Source of the DNA: Synechococcales cyanobacterium VAR_4_metabat_354 | Lineage (GTDB): Bacteria > Cyanobacteriota > Cyanobacteriia > Cyanobacteriales > Chamaesiphonaceae | Assembly: GCA_031414775.1 (NCBI GenBank) | Contig: JANOQI010000033.1 | Location: forward strand, 30,581-94,580 | Direction of reading: 5' to 3' | DNA: 64,000 bases | Shown: one piece after another, positions 43,883-53,817 of the stretch | Layout: each line of letters starts with the position of its first letter | Position numbering within the stretch: position 1 is the first letter of the stretch | Program-made: the position numbers and the translations under genes | The notes under the pieces: model-generated | Seen by the model: only the letters and a program-made list of their open reading frames with translations | Told to the model about the DNA's origin: nothing | Database searches by the model: none

Positions 43883-43990
43883 ATCAATAGAATCCTGGAT
43901 AAAGTTAGTAATGCAATTAATTTTACGCTGTCAGGGAAACCTAATAGAGAGAATCAACATCATAAGAAATTGAAATAGGAAATTAAGACC

Positions 43991-44245
43991 ATGGCTAAAA
44001 CCCCCAGCGAATATGCCGTCCATATCATGATTAGCGGTGGTCACCGCGAAGAAATTCGCTTTGCCAGTATTCAAGATTTCCAGAAATGGTACAGTGGGGA
44101 GCTGGTACCTAAATCTAATTCCGACGATTTCATCACAGTTCCGATCAAGAACATTCAGGGAGAATATATGGTTGTCCGTCCATCTAGTGTGATGGCGATC
44201 CGGGTAGAGCCTATTTTCATGTCCAGTGTGGATCGGGATTACTAG
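43991..44245 (+). CDS. Conserved small hypothetical protein
   Basis: 84 aa ORF with RBS; GGHREE.RF..FQKWY, QGEYMVVRPS. Confidence 0.75.
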   Translation: MAKTPSEYAVHIMISGGHREEIRFASIQDFQKWYSGELVPKSNSDDFITVPIKNIQGEYMVVRPSSVMAIRVEPIFMSSVDRDY

Positions 44246-44262
44246 TAGTAACTAAATATTTT

Positions 44263-45498
44263 ATGCTTAAAACAATGGTATTGCTGTCCCTGCCAATGGG
44301 ACTAGCATTAGCTAACACCAGCAATCTACCCCTCCGGCTTACACCGCTACCAGATACGGCTGCGATTGCCCAATCATCACCTAAACCTAGCTCTAACATA
44401 CCGAAACCGACTAGTTCTAGCTCCCCCACCCCTTGCTGTACCGAGCCAGCCCAAGGCGACTTAGTAGGTTTGGATGATCAGTTGTTGGCGGCCAATGGCG
44501 ATCGGAAGGCCATGTTGGAGTCGATCGATAACAGTCTCCGTTATCTAGGAACACCATTAGCGGCCAAAGCTTACAGCAGCTACCAAGTTCCTGGCATCAA
44601 TCAAGACCGCGTGAAGCGATCGCTAGTGCGTTTTAGGCAACTAGTCGCCAAGTCCAAATCGGCTAGCCAGCTACGGGATGCTGTCAAAAAAGAATTTGTT
44701 TTCTATCAAGCGATCGGCAAAGACAATAAAGGCGCTGTGCAATTTACTGGCTACTATGAGCCAATTTATCAAGCCAGCCGCATCCCCACCAAAGAATATA
44801 AATACCCACTCTACAAGCAACCAGCTAATTTTGATGCTTGGCCTAAACCGCACCCCAATCGCCTGCAATTAGAGGGCATTGATGGCTTGCAGTCTGCGCG
44901 TGGTCCATTAGCTGGTAGCGAACTGTTGTATATGGAAGATCGCTTTGAGGCGATTTTGGTACAAATTCAGGGTTCTGCCAAATTTGTCTTGCCAGATGGC
45001 AAAACTACCACTGTGGGCTATAACGGCGGGACAGATTATCCCTACGATAGCATTGGTAAAATGCTAGCTAAGGATCAAAAACTAACGGCTAGCCAACTCT
45101 CTCTACAAGGCATTATCCGCTATTTCAAAGAAAACCCCCAAGAAATGGATGTCTATTTGCCTCGCTATAATCGATTTGCCTTCATGAAGGAAACTTTCAA
45201 TAGCAAGCCGATGGGGAGTATCAATGTGGCTGTAACTCCAGAACGATCGATCGCTACCGATAAATCGTTGATGCCACCTGGTGCTTTAGCGCTAGTTCAT
45301 ACCCAATTGCCGGTCTACACCGGACAAAAAATCCAACAACGCTTAGTCAGCCGCTATGTTCTCGATCAAGATACGGGCAGTGCCATCAAAGGTGCTGGCC
45401 GAGTAGATTACTTCATGGGTGTAGGCAAAAACGCTGGTGAAAGAGCCGGTGTGACAGGCGGTAATGGTCAACTCTATTATTTATTACTTAAGAAATAG
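44263..45498 (+). CDS. mltA: Lytic murein transglycosylase A
   Basis: FTGYYEP, QIQGS, SIATD, DQDTGSAIKG.GRVDYF.G (3D domain). Confidence 0.9.
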   Translation: MLKTMVLLSLPMGLALANTSNLPLRLTPLPDTAAIAQSSPKPSSNIPKPTSSSSPTPCCTEPAQGDLVGLDDQLLAANGDRKAMLESIDNSLRYLGTPLAAKAYSSYQVPGINQDRVKRSLVRFRQLVAKSKSASQLRDAVKKEFVFYQAIGKDNKGAVQFTGYYEPIYQASRIPTKEYKYPLYKQPANFDAWPKPHPNRLQLEGIDGLQSARGPLAGSELLYMEDRFEAILVQIQGSAKFVLPDGKTTTVGYNGGTDYPYDSIGKMLAKDQKLTASQLSLQGIIRYFKENPQEMDVYLPRYNRFAFMKETFNSKPMGSINVAVTPERSIATDKSLMPPGALALVHTQLPVYTGQKIQQRLVSRYVLDQDTGSAIKGAGRVDYFMGVGKNAGERAGVTGGNGQLYYLLLKK

Positions 45499-45714
45499 TT
45501 TAGTCATTTTATAAAATGTCCCGATTAAGTCACTACCCCATGGGATACATAGGTGGTAGATGCACCCTGATCGACTTTCCCGGCTCCAGTAATGGCGTTG
45601 GGAATTTTTCTATCAAAAAATGGCAGAGCTGTAAAAATCTACCATTGTTTTCGATCAAAATAATCGATTTAGATAGCTGGAGCAATGCAGGTGCAACACC
45701 GCCATCATATCTAC

Positions 45715-46002
45715 TTAATATTTATCGTTGCGGAAGCCACCGCCACCACCACTACCCTCATCTTTGGGGCGAGCTTTGTTTACTTTGAGAGTGCGACCCA
45801 TCCAGTCTGCACCGTCGAGGCTCTCAATAGCTTTATCTTCGCTGGTGTCATCAGACATTTCAACGAACGCAAAGCCACGCATCCGGCCTGTTTCCCGATC
45901 GCTTGGTAGAACTACGCGCTTGACAGTGCCATAGTCTTCAAATACGGATTTCAGGTCTTCTTCAGTGGCCTTATAGGAAAGGTTGCCAATATAAATGGTC
46001 AT
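45715..46002 (-). CDS. RRM RNA-binding protein (Rbp family)
   Basis: IYIGNLSY (RNP2), RGFAFVEM (RNP1), Gly-rich tail. Confidence 0.93.
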   Translation of the reverse strand: MTIYIGNLSYKATEEDLKSVFEDYGTVKRVVLPSDRETGRMRGFAFVEMSDDTSEDKAIESLDGADWMGRTLKVNKARPKDEGSGGGGGFRNDKY

Positions 46003-46288
46003 GTGAATCGATGATAGCTGAGATTGAAACAATTACAGGTTTAATAACATGTTCCAGTCGCTACAAATGTTACGGCTGGCTAGTTCTAGAATTAACTAAT
46101 AATGGCAAGATGGCTAAAATTATAGATTTCCCTAACTAAAGAGTTATCAATATTTAAAAGCTTTCTAAGTTCACCACAGCAAAAACTTAAACCTATAAAA
46201 CTACTCACCAATCATAACCTAATTCACTCGGTTTGGAGAGTCAAATAGGCTACAGCAATTTTGGAAGTAACAGCATGAAACTCATTAA

Positions 46289-46492
46289 CTAATCAATTTC
46301 GATCGATTGGGGACCAGGCGCCGACGATGCATGGGGAGTAGAAATGGTAGAACCAGATTGCTTGTTCAGCCAACCTTTAACAGGATCATCATTCAAATTA
46401 AGGCGGAGAATTCCGGAAACGAAACCGCCCGCAAAGGCTACCGGATTTTTCACTAATTCTTGGGCAATGGGAGTTAATTCATCTAGAAACAT
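46289..46492 (-). CDS. Conserved small hypothetical protein
   Basis: MFLDEL.P...PVAFAGGFVSGILRL..DDPV..WL...GPQSIEID. Confidence 0.75.
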   Translation of the reverse strand: MFLDELTPIAQELVKNPVAFAGGFVSGILRLNLNDDPVKGWLNKQSGSTISTPHASSAPGPQSIEID

Positions 46493-46546
46493 AATCAAAA
46501 TCTCTTATTTACTGGCAATTCATCCCAGCCTTAATTTTAGATCAAA

Positions 46547-47194
46547 TTAGATCAGATCGGGGTTGCTCAGGGTATTGGCCAGCTTATCAGCAATGCCTGC
46601 AATCCAGATTTCGTCTTGCTGAGTATAGCTACGGGGAGCATTAGCCGCCAAGATCAAAACACCCTGATCTCCGATCGGCTGACAAATTATTCCCTGAGTA
46701 TTTTCTGGCAAATAGTTGAACTCGATCCGGCCAGGGTAAATTTTGAGATTTACTAAATAGACTGGCTGATGAGTTTTCAGCACCCGTTCCAGAATCACGC
46801 CTGGCACTACGGTAGCAGTGGGAGCCAACACCCCTCGCCGCAAAATAGTTTGGCCCTGATAATAAACAACTATCGATCGAGTGGCTGTGTTGGTCAGCAA
46901 TAAATGAGATGCCCAAGCCAACTCGGTTTGGGAGAATGCCGGCAAATCAGTGGCCATTTCCATCCCCTCGACCCCCGCTAAAGCTACTGAATCTGGTGTT
47001 TTAGGCTGAACGCGCTGCCACAAGAGTCCCGTCAGAATTAAAACAGCACAGGCAATCACCCCAGCAATATCGGACCTAGCCTGGGAAGGTAGCAATTGGA
47101 CTGTTAATATCCGATTGATCATCAGACCGGTGCCGACTAATCCCCCGACAGCCAGCGGTAAAGTGCGGAGCCACCGATCCCCATCAGTTTTCAT
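46547..47194 (-). CDS. Cofactor assembly of complex C subunit B (CCB2/CCB4-like)
   Basis: ELAWASHLLLTNT, YPGRIEF.YLPENTQ; lies downstream of rpaB. Confidence 0.75.
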   Translation of the reverse strand: MKTDGDRWLRTLPLAVGGLVGTGLMINRILTVQLLPSQARSDIAGVIACAVLILTGLLWQRVQPKTPDSVALAGVEGMEMATDLPAFSQTELAWASHLLLTNTATRSIVVYYQGQTILRRGVLAPTATVVPGVILERVLKTHQPVYLVNLKIYPGRIEFNYLPENTQGIICQPIGDQGVLILAANAPRSYTQQDEIWIAGIADKLANTLSNPDLI

Positions 47195-47209
47195 CTTGGT
47201 CTCTCAGCA

Positions 47210-47950
47210 TTACAGCTCATCAGGTTCAATGATCCGTTGAAACAAATAGCCAGTGCCCCGCGCCGTCAAGATCAATTCGGGATTGCTGGGATCTTCTTCC
47301 AGCTTGGCACGCAGTCTCGAAATATGTACATCTACCACTCTGGTGTCTACATGCCGCTCTGGGGTGTAGCCCCAAACTTCTTGGAGGATTTCAGACCGCG
47401 AGAAGGCTTCACCCGATCGACTAACCAACAGCTCTAACAAGCTAAATTCCATCCCAGTTAACCGAATCCGCTCATCACCTTTATAGACTTGCCGCTTGTT
47501 GGTATCCACTCGAATACTGCCAATGTGAATTACCCCAGAACTAGGGATCCCATTAAGATTGTTTTTATCGACCCGCCGCAATACCGAGCGAATCCGAGCT
47601 TCCAATTCTTTGGGAGAGAAGGGCTTAACTACATAATCATCAGCACCCAGTTCCAGGCCAGTGATCCGATCGGCCACATCGCCTAAGGCTGTGAGCATGA
47701 TGATTGGCACGTCAGATTCTTTTCGTAGTTCCTGGCAAACGCCATAGCCATCAAGTTTCGGCATCATCACATCCAGCACCACTAAGTCTGGACAGGCATC
47801 TCGAAAGATTTCCAGGGCTTCTTCACCATCAGCGGCAGTAACAACATCGTATCCAATCATCGAAAGCCGAGTTTCCAGAATTCGGCGGATACTTGCTTCG
47901 TCATCAACTACTAAAATTCTTTCTTTATTATTTTCCAAAATGCTGTCCAC
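47210..47950 (-). CDS. rpaB: OmpR-family response regulator RpaB
   Basis: ILVVDDEASIRRILETRLSMIGY, VWGYTPERHVDTRVVDVHISRLR. Confidence 0.96.
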   Translation of the reverse strand: MDSILENNKERILVVDDEASIRRILETRLSMIGYDVVTAADGEEALEIFRDACPDLVVLDVMMPKLDGYGVCQELRKESDVPIIMLTALGDVADRITGLELGADDYVVKPFSPKELEARIRSVLRRVDKNNLNGIPSSGVIHIGSIRVDTNKRQVYKGDERIRLTGMEFSLLELLVSRSGEAFSRSEILQEVWGYTPERHVDTRVVDVHISRLRAKLEEDPSNPELILTARGTGYLFQRIIEPDEL

Positions 47951-48434
47951 TCCATTTTATAATAGTAAATTTATAATTCTTAACAATAGCCGTTCATTTT
48001 AAATAAATATTTTATTTAGTTATTAAGCTATATTATGATTTATTTCAAACGATTTTTAACAGCTAAATCATATAGCGTGCTAGTTTTAATGCTTTCTTAA
48101 TAAAGATAATGTCTAAAAAGAGGTGGCGGTGGACTGTGGTGCCGATGGTTGGCCATTATTATTTTTCTCCGAACAGAAGTATACATTACTTTTACAGCTT
48201 AATTCCAGTAAGGCTTTGCTAACTGGGGTCGATAGAAATAACTGACGAAATACAGTGCAATAGCGGTTGCGATTTAAGATGAACAAGTGTAACTAAAAGC
48301 GATCGATCAACTCTAGAATAAAGTTAAGGAATATTTCATTTAGGCCAGCTAACCCACTCGATCGACCACCTCTCCAGGGAGTACGTGCTAACATTTTCGC
48401 TTGTAGGCATAAATAGATTTTTAAGAGAAGTGCT

Positions 48435-49661
48435 GTGGTGTTAAAAGTTGCTGTTGTTGGTGGCGGTCCAGCTGGCTCCTGTGCAGCGGAGACGCTGGCT
48501 CAGGCTGGAATTGAAACATATTTGATCGAGCGCAAGCTAGATAATGCGAAACCCTGTGGCGGTGCCATCCCCTTATGTATGGTGGACGAGTTCCAACTGC
48601 CGCCAGAGATTATCGATCGCCGAGTGCGCAAGATGAAGATGATCTCACCTTCCAATGTGGAAGTGAACATTGGTCAGACCCTCAAAGAGGGGGAATATAT
48701 TGGCATGTGTCGGCGGGAAGTTTTGGATGGCTTCTTACGGCAACGCGCCGAAAAACTGGGTGCCAAACTAATTAATGGGACTGTTCATAAGATCGAAATT
48801 CCTGGCAACGACACCGCGCCCTATGTTCTACACTATGCGGATCACAGCACTGGCAAAGTAACAGGCGAAGCCAAAATCTTGAAAGTAGATATGATCGTGG
48901 GTGCCGATGGAGCAAACTCCCGAGTAGCCAAAGCGATCGATGCTGGCGACTATAGGTATGCGATCGCTTTCCAAGAACGGATCCGGTTGCCGGAAGATAA
49001 GCTGGCCTATTACGAAGAATTAGCCGAAATGTACGTTGGGGATGATGTATCTACCGACTTCTATGCTTGGGTTTTTCCCAAATACGACCACGTTGCCGTC
49101 GGTACTGGCACCATGAGTCCGAACAAAGACAGCATCAAACGCCTACAAGCCGGAATTCGAGCACGGGCAGCGCACCGACTAGAAGGCGGCCAAATTATTA
49201 AGGTAGAAGCTCATCCGATTCCGGAGCATCCCCGTCCGCGCCGGGTTGTTGGTCGAGTCGCATTAGTAGGTGACGCTGCTGGCTACGTTACCAAGTCTTC
49301 TGGCGAAGGCATCTACTTTGCCGCCAAGTCTGGTCGGATGTGTGCAGAAGCGATCGTCGAGCTATCTGAAAATGGTGCCAGAGTTCCCACTGAAAAAGAG
49401 ATAAAAAATACTTACATCAAGAAATGGGACAAGACCTATGGCTTGACCTATAAGGTTTTAGATATTTTACAGAGAGTTTTCTATACATCTGACGCAGCAC
49501 GGGAAGCATTTGTGGAAATGTGTGCTGACATTGACGTGCAAAAACTAACTTTTGATAGCTATTTATATAAAACTGTCGTGCCAGCTAATCCATTGGTGCA
49601 GTTGAAGATTACAGCCAAAACGATCGGCAGTTTGATACGCGGCAACGCTCTAGCTCCCTAA
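48435..49661 (+). CDS. chlP: Geranylgeranyl reductase
   Basis: GGGPAG, AKPCGGAIPLCM, GDAAGYVTKSSGEGIY. Confidence 0.96.
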   Translation: MVLKVAVVGGGPAGSCAAETLAQAGIETYLIERKLDNAKPCGGAIPLCMVDEFQLPPEIIDRRVRKMKMISPSNVEVNIGQTLKEGEYIGMCRREVLDGFLRQRAEKLGAKLINGTVHKIEIPGNDTAPYVLHYADHSTGKVTGEAKILKVDMIVGADGANSRVAKAIDAGDYRYAIAFQERIRLPEDKLAYYEELAEMYVGDDVSTDFYAWVFPKYDHVAVGTGTMSPNKDSIKRLQAGIRARAAHRLEGGQIIKVEAHPIPEHPRPRRVVGRVALVGDAAGYVTKSSGEGIYFAAKSGRMCAEAIVELSENGARVPTEKEIKNTYIKKWDKTYGLTYKVLDILQRVFYTSDAAREAFVEMCADIDVQKLTFDSYLYKTVVPANPLVQLKITAKTIGSLIRGNALAP

Positions 49662-49676
49662 CAAATTTTAGACCTA

Positions 49677-49716
49677 CCAAAAATCCTACCCATCTTAATT
49701 GGGTAGGATTTTTGGT
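49677..49716. terminator. Bidirectional terminator between chlP and the TPR gene
   Basis: accaaaaatcctaccca..tgggtaggatttttggt inverted repeat. Confidence 0.7.
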
Positions 49717-49732
49717 GTATCAATCGCTAAAA

Positions 49733-50632
49733 TTATCGCCAACGCTTATCTTGGGTGTGAAAACCAGTTGAGCAGATAGCCCTATTACCAAGAGGGCTAG
49801 TATGTTGTATTTCATAGACAAAATTTGTGGATAACTTCGCTTGCCCAAGAAACGATAGCTGCGCTTGCATCAAAGGTGATCGCCAATTATTAACACTGGG
49901 TTTATCCTTTTGGCGAAAAACGTGAACAGTTAATGCTTGATCATTGACTTTCTTACGTTTCAAAAAGCCACAATTGACGTAAGCTTTAGCAAATTTTGGT
50001 TTGAGAGCCAACGCTTGATTGAAATCATCCATCGCCCCAGCCAGATCATTCAGCTTCTCTTTCAGACGGCCACGATTATAGTAAGCTCTAAAATCTTGGG
50101 GTTTAAGAGCTATTGCTCGGCCATAGGAAGAAATAGCCTCTTCGTCTCGGCCAACTTTACTTAGAGCCAGTCCTCGGTAATACCAAACATCAGCATTATC
50201 TGGATTGATTGCTAATACCCGGCCATAGGAAGAAATAGCCTCTTCATCTCGGCCAACTTTACTTAAAGCCGCTCCTCGGTAATACCAAGCCTTAGAATTA
50301 TTGGGATTAATTGCTACTGCTCGGCCATAAGAAACGATCGATTCTTCATATCTACCATCTTTACCTAAAACAACTCCTCGGAAATACCAAGCATCAGAAT
50401 TGTCTGGATTGATAGCGATCGCCCGGTCATAAGAAGCAATCACATCTTCATATCTACTAGCTTTACCTAGCAAAGTTCCTTGAAAATACCAAAAATCAGA
50501 TCGATCAGGATGAATGTCTACCAATCGGTCAGGCGTAGTGCCATCCTTTTCATATTCACCTAAGTTGTATGGAGAATTTCCGGGATCGACATATTGTTGA
50601 TCGGTAACAAATTGCTCGATTGGTTTAGACAT
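49733..50632 (-). CDS. Tetratricopeptide repeat protein
   Basis: Five to six 34-aa units WY.RG..L.K.GR.EEAI.SY.RA.AI.P; likely ATG at 50632. Confidence 0.85.
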   Translation of the reverse strand: MSKPIEQFVTDQQYVDPGNSPYNLGEYEKDGTTPDRLVDIHPDRSDFWYFQGTLLGKASRYEDVIASYDRAIAINPDNSDAWYFRGVVLGKDGRYEESIVSYGRAVAINPNNSKAWYYRGAALSKVGRDEEAISSYGRVLAINPDNADVWYYRGLALSKVGRDEEAISSYGRAIALKPQDFRAYYNRGRLKEKLNDLAGAMDDFNQALALKPKFAKAYVNCGFLKRKKVNDQALTVHVFRQKDKPSVNNWRSPLMQAQLSFLGQAKLSTNFVYEIQHTSPLGNRAICSTGFHTQDKRWR

Positions 50633-50720
50633 AACTAATACCTGATTTACTCCACATCTCAACAAAGGGCTGGCTGATTGCAGGAAGCTACACAGCACTT
50701 CAAAAAGATTACGGAAAGTC

Positions 50721-50738
50721 TTTACAAATCTTTACAAA
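50721..50738. promoter_or_regulatory. HLR1-type direct repeat (putative RpaB site)
   Basis: TTTACAAA-TC-TTTACAAA fits (G/T)TTACA(T/A)(T/A)-N2-repeat. Confidence 0.55.
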
Positions 50739-50895
50739 TCTTGAAACTATTACTAGTTATCTAATTTGCCGTTTCGATGTGATTTAAAGATGCCAAATTC
50801 GTGACCTGAAAAATGGTTACCGGTGAAAATCAAAATTTTTTGCCCTGATTGTGTAATGGTTTGACAAAACCTCTAAATGCAGAGAGTAATCGAAC

Positions 50896-52137
50896 TTAAG
50901 TCAGCTCCTGCAAAACCAACTTTAACAACACTAAAGCTCGATCGATCTCAGCAGCAGTCACAATCAACGGCGGCACAAACCGCAACACCTTCGCCCCCGC
51001 TGGCACTAACAGCAGACCCTTAGCCATTGCCGCCTTCACCATATCGCCAGCTGTCAGTGGGCTATCAGCTCTTAGCTCCAAACCATCAATCAACCCCCAG
51101 CCCCGCACTTCTTGCAGGTGCTGCGGGTACTGAGTCAGCAACAGCTGCAAACCTGTCCGTAATTGCTCACCACACAGCTGGGCATTCACTAACAAATTAT
51201 CTTGCTCTACTTGGCGGCAAACAGCCAAAGAAACAGCGCAGGCCAAGGGATTACCCCCAAAAGTACTGGCATGATCACCAGGCTGGAACACATCACAAAA
51301 CTCTTGGCAGAGCAAGGCTCCGATCGGCACACCACCGCCCAAGCCCTTCGCACTGGTAAAAACATCTGGCTCGATGCCCAGGTTTTCGTAGCCCCAATAT
51401 TTGCCAGTCCGCCCCATCCCAGTCTGGACTTCATCCAGGATTAGTAAAATGCCAATCCGATCGCACAACTGCCGTACCTGCTGAAAATACTCGACCTGAC
51501 CAGGATATACGCCTCCTTCACCCTGTAAAGGTTCCAGCATAATTGCCGCTACCTGGCGCTGGTCTTGATCTAGAGACGCAACAGCAGATTCTAAAGCCGC
51601 AAAATCGTTATAGGGCACATAGTGAAATCCAGGTACCAACGGACTAAAATTCTGCTGATATTTGGACTGGCCAGTAGCGGTAATAGTCGCCATCGTCCGC
51701 CCGTGGAAGCTAGCTTGAGCCGTAATAATTACTGGTGATTCAATCCCTAACTTGGTATGACCATATTTCCGTGCCAGCTTGATCGCCCCTTCGTTGGCCT
51801 CCGCTCCCGAATTACAGAAAAACACTCGATCAGCACAGGAATGTTGCACCAACCACTGAGCCAATTCCCCTTGGACAGGAATGTAATAGAGGTTAGAAAC
51901 ATGGGTCAGCTGCTGCATCTGCTGGGTCACAGCGGCTACCATCGCCGGATGAGCATGTCCCAAGGAGCAGGTGGCAATACCCGCCACAAAATCCAGGTAC
52001 TCACGCCCCTGGTCGTCCCAAACCTGACAGCCGCTACCTCGGACTAAGGCCAAGGGAAACCGCCCGTAGGTAGCCATTACATAGGCATCAAAGTCAGCAG
52101 TATCAAATACAGAGGGGGCGGCTACAGTTTGGAACAA
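50896..52137 (-). CDS. argD: Acetylornithine aminotransferase
   Basis: DFVAGIA, NSGAEANE, SFHGRT, EPLQGEGG, DEVQTG, SAKGLGGG, HASTFGGNP. Confidence 0.93.
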   Translation of the reverse strand: MFQTVAAPSVFDTADFDAYVMATYGRFPLALVRGSGCQVWDDQGREYLDFVAGIATCSLGHAHPAMVAAVTQQMQQLTHVSNLYYIPVQGELAQWLVQHSCADRVFFCNSGAEANEGAIKLARKYGHTKLGIESPVIITAQASFHGRTMATITATGQSKYQQNFSPLVPGFHYVPYNDFAALESAVASLDQDQRQVAAIMLEPLQGEGGVYPGQVEYFQQVRQLCDRIGILLILDEVQTGMGRTGKYWGYENLGIEPDVFTSAKGLGGGVPIGALLCQEFCDVFQPGDHASTFGGNPLACAVSLAVCRQVEQDNLLVNAQLCGEQLRTGLQLLLTQYPQHLQEVRGWGLIDGLELRADSPLTAGDMVKAAMAKGLLLVPAGAKVLRFVPPLIVTAAEIDRALVLLKLVLQELT

Positions 52138-52165
52138 TTTTCTACTCCGATAATTATCAATTTAA

Positions 52166-52951
52166 TTATAAATTCAAATTTCTGCTAACCAGCGTGGGGG
52201 TCGCTTGGGCGGTGGGCATCAGCAACACTTCACTGATATTGACATGAGCCGGGCGGGTGATCGCAAACAAAATGGTTTCGGCGATATCCATGCCGATGAG
52301 GGGGGTCAGACCCTGATAGACTTGATCGGCTTTTTCCCAGTCACCGTGGAAACGCACGGCGCTGAACTCCGTTTCCACCAAGCCCGGATCGATGCTCGTC
52401 ACCCGAATGGGGGTACCGAGTAAATCAATTTTCAAACCTTCGGAAATTGCGCGGACAGCGGCTTTAGTGCCGCAATAAACGCCTCCGGCTGGATAGGTTT
52501 GATGACCAGCGATCGATCCCAAATTCACCACATGTCCGCGACCGCGTTCGACCATTCCTGGCACAATCGCCCGCGTCAGATATAACAGACCTTTGACATT
52601 GGTATCGATCATTTCTTCCCAGTCAGCAATCGCCCCTTCCTGGAGCTTGCTTAACCCTCGGCTGAGACCAGCGTTGTTGATTAGGATATCGATCGATTGC
52701 CACTCCAGCGGTAATTGAGCGATCGCCATATTAAGGGCAGTTCGATCGCGGACATCAGCAGTAATTTGCTGGAGATTCTCGGGCGTAGCCCCCGCCGACA
52801 CACATAGATTTACCACTTGTTGCAGCCGTTCGGTGCGCCGTGCCAGCAGAATTAATTTCACTTGCAAAGGAGCCAGCAATTGGGCACAAGCGGCTCCAAT
52901 ACCGCTACTAGCACCGGAGATCAACACAATTTTGCCAGCAAGATCTAACAT
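52166..52951 (-). CDS. SDR oxidoreductase (YdfG-like)
   Basis: SGASSGIG, NNAG, YCGTK, PGLVETEFS. Confidence 0.9.
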   Translation of the reverse strand: MLDLAGKIVLISGASSGIGAACAQLLAPLQVKLILLARRTERLQQVVNLCVSAGATPENLQQITADVRDRTALNMAIAQLPLEWQSIDILINNAGLSRGLSKLQEGAIADWEEMIDTNVKGLLYLTRAIVPGMVERGRGHVVNLGSIAGHQTYPAGGVYCGTKAAVRAISEGLKIDLLGTPIRVTSIDPGLVETEFSAVRFHGDWEKADQVYQGLTPLIGMDIAETILFAITRPAHVNISEVLLMPTAQATPTLVSRNLNL

Positions 52952-52955
52952 TTGG

Positions 52956-53756
52956 CTATCTCTTAACTACATGGACACGTTGCGTCACCGTCGTGATCCC
53001 CCCCGCTCGCACCAAGACAGCCGATAGCCAGTAGTCACCGGGCTTACTGGGAGCCTTGGCCTTCTTAAACAAACCACCAGTAGCCAGAATATCTAAGCTG
53101 TATTCAACTGGTTTAGAGTAACCATTAGCACTCACCGATTGTTCCACCACTTTTCCCATCATCACATCTTCCCCTAATGGTTCAGTAACGATCGCATCAA
53201 TGTCATAAATTTCATTAATTTTCAGCTGTTTGGGCACATTGAACTCTACTGTCGGCGGCTTGCTACCACTAGTGATCGTGGTATTTTCGCTGAGCACCTG
53301 CTGCTGGGTAATTTTACCACCAACAATTCTTTGACGCGATCTCAGTTGAGAAGTGAGCTTCAATAGCTGACTGTTTTGAGTTTGACTACCAGTAATAGTG
53401 GTCAGTGTTTCCACTGAAATACCACCGCCCTCTGGTTTCCAGGACTGGATTACGGTTTGATAGCGGAGGTTAGGATACCGCTGCCACAACTTCTTCAGTC
53501 CTTGCTCCCAAGCCGTACGATTGAGTCCATCGACGGTGTAATTAGGTGCAAAACTATTGTTCAGGGCGGCTATTTGCTTACTGTTTGCCGATTTATCTAT
53601 TTGAGCCAACAGGTTACTAATGGCCGCTGGTGCCAATGGGGGTGCAGCTACTGCATTACTACTGGCTAGGCCAATGATCAAACTGGTAACAGATAAAAAC
53701 TTGAGAGATTGGAATCTAGCCATTGGAGAGAGAGTTAAGGTAGATTTGGTAGTCAA
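52956..53756 (-). CDS. Exported NTF2-like hypothetical protein
   Basis: Signal peptide; DGL...LWQRYPNL.Y, GGLFK; divergent from murG. Confidence 0.7.
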   Translation of the reverse strand: MTTKSTLTLSPMARFQSLKFLSVTSLIIGLASSNAVAAPPLAPAAISNLLAQIDKSANSKQIAALNNSFAPNYTVDGLNRTAWEQGLKKLWQRYPNLRYQTVIQSWKPEGGGISVETLTTITGSQTQNSQLLKLTSQLRSRQRIVGGKITQQQVLSENTTITSGSKPPTVEFNVPKQLKINEIYDIDAIVTEPLGEDVMMGKVVEQSVSANGYSKPVEYSLDILATGGLFKKAKAPSKPGDYWLSAVLVRAGGITTVTQRVHVVKR

Positions 53757-53817
53757 TTAATGATTTAATTGTCGCAGGCAATCAGGCCAATTGCAGAAAA
53801 ATTAAGGAAAAAATAGC

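Noticed and set aside
48109..48201. Short ORF MSKKRWRW... between rpaB and chlP
   Set aside because: 30 codons with no recognisable homology; likely promoter DNA
50080..50500. ~102-bp nucleotide repeats
   Set aside because: Explained by TPR coding repeats
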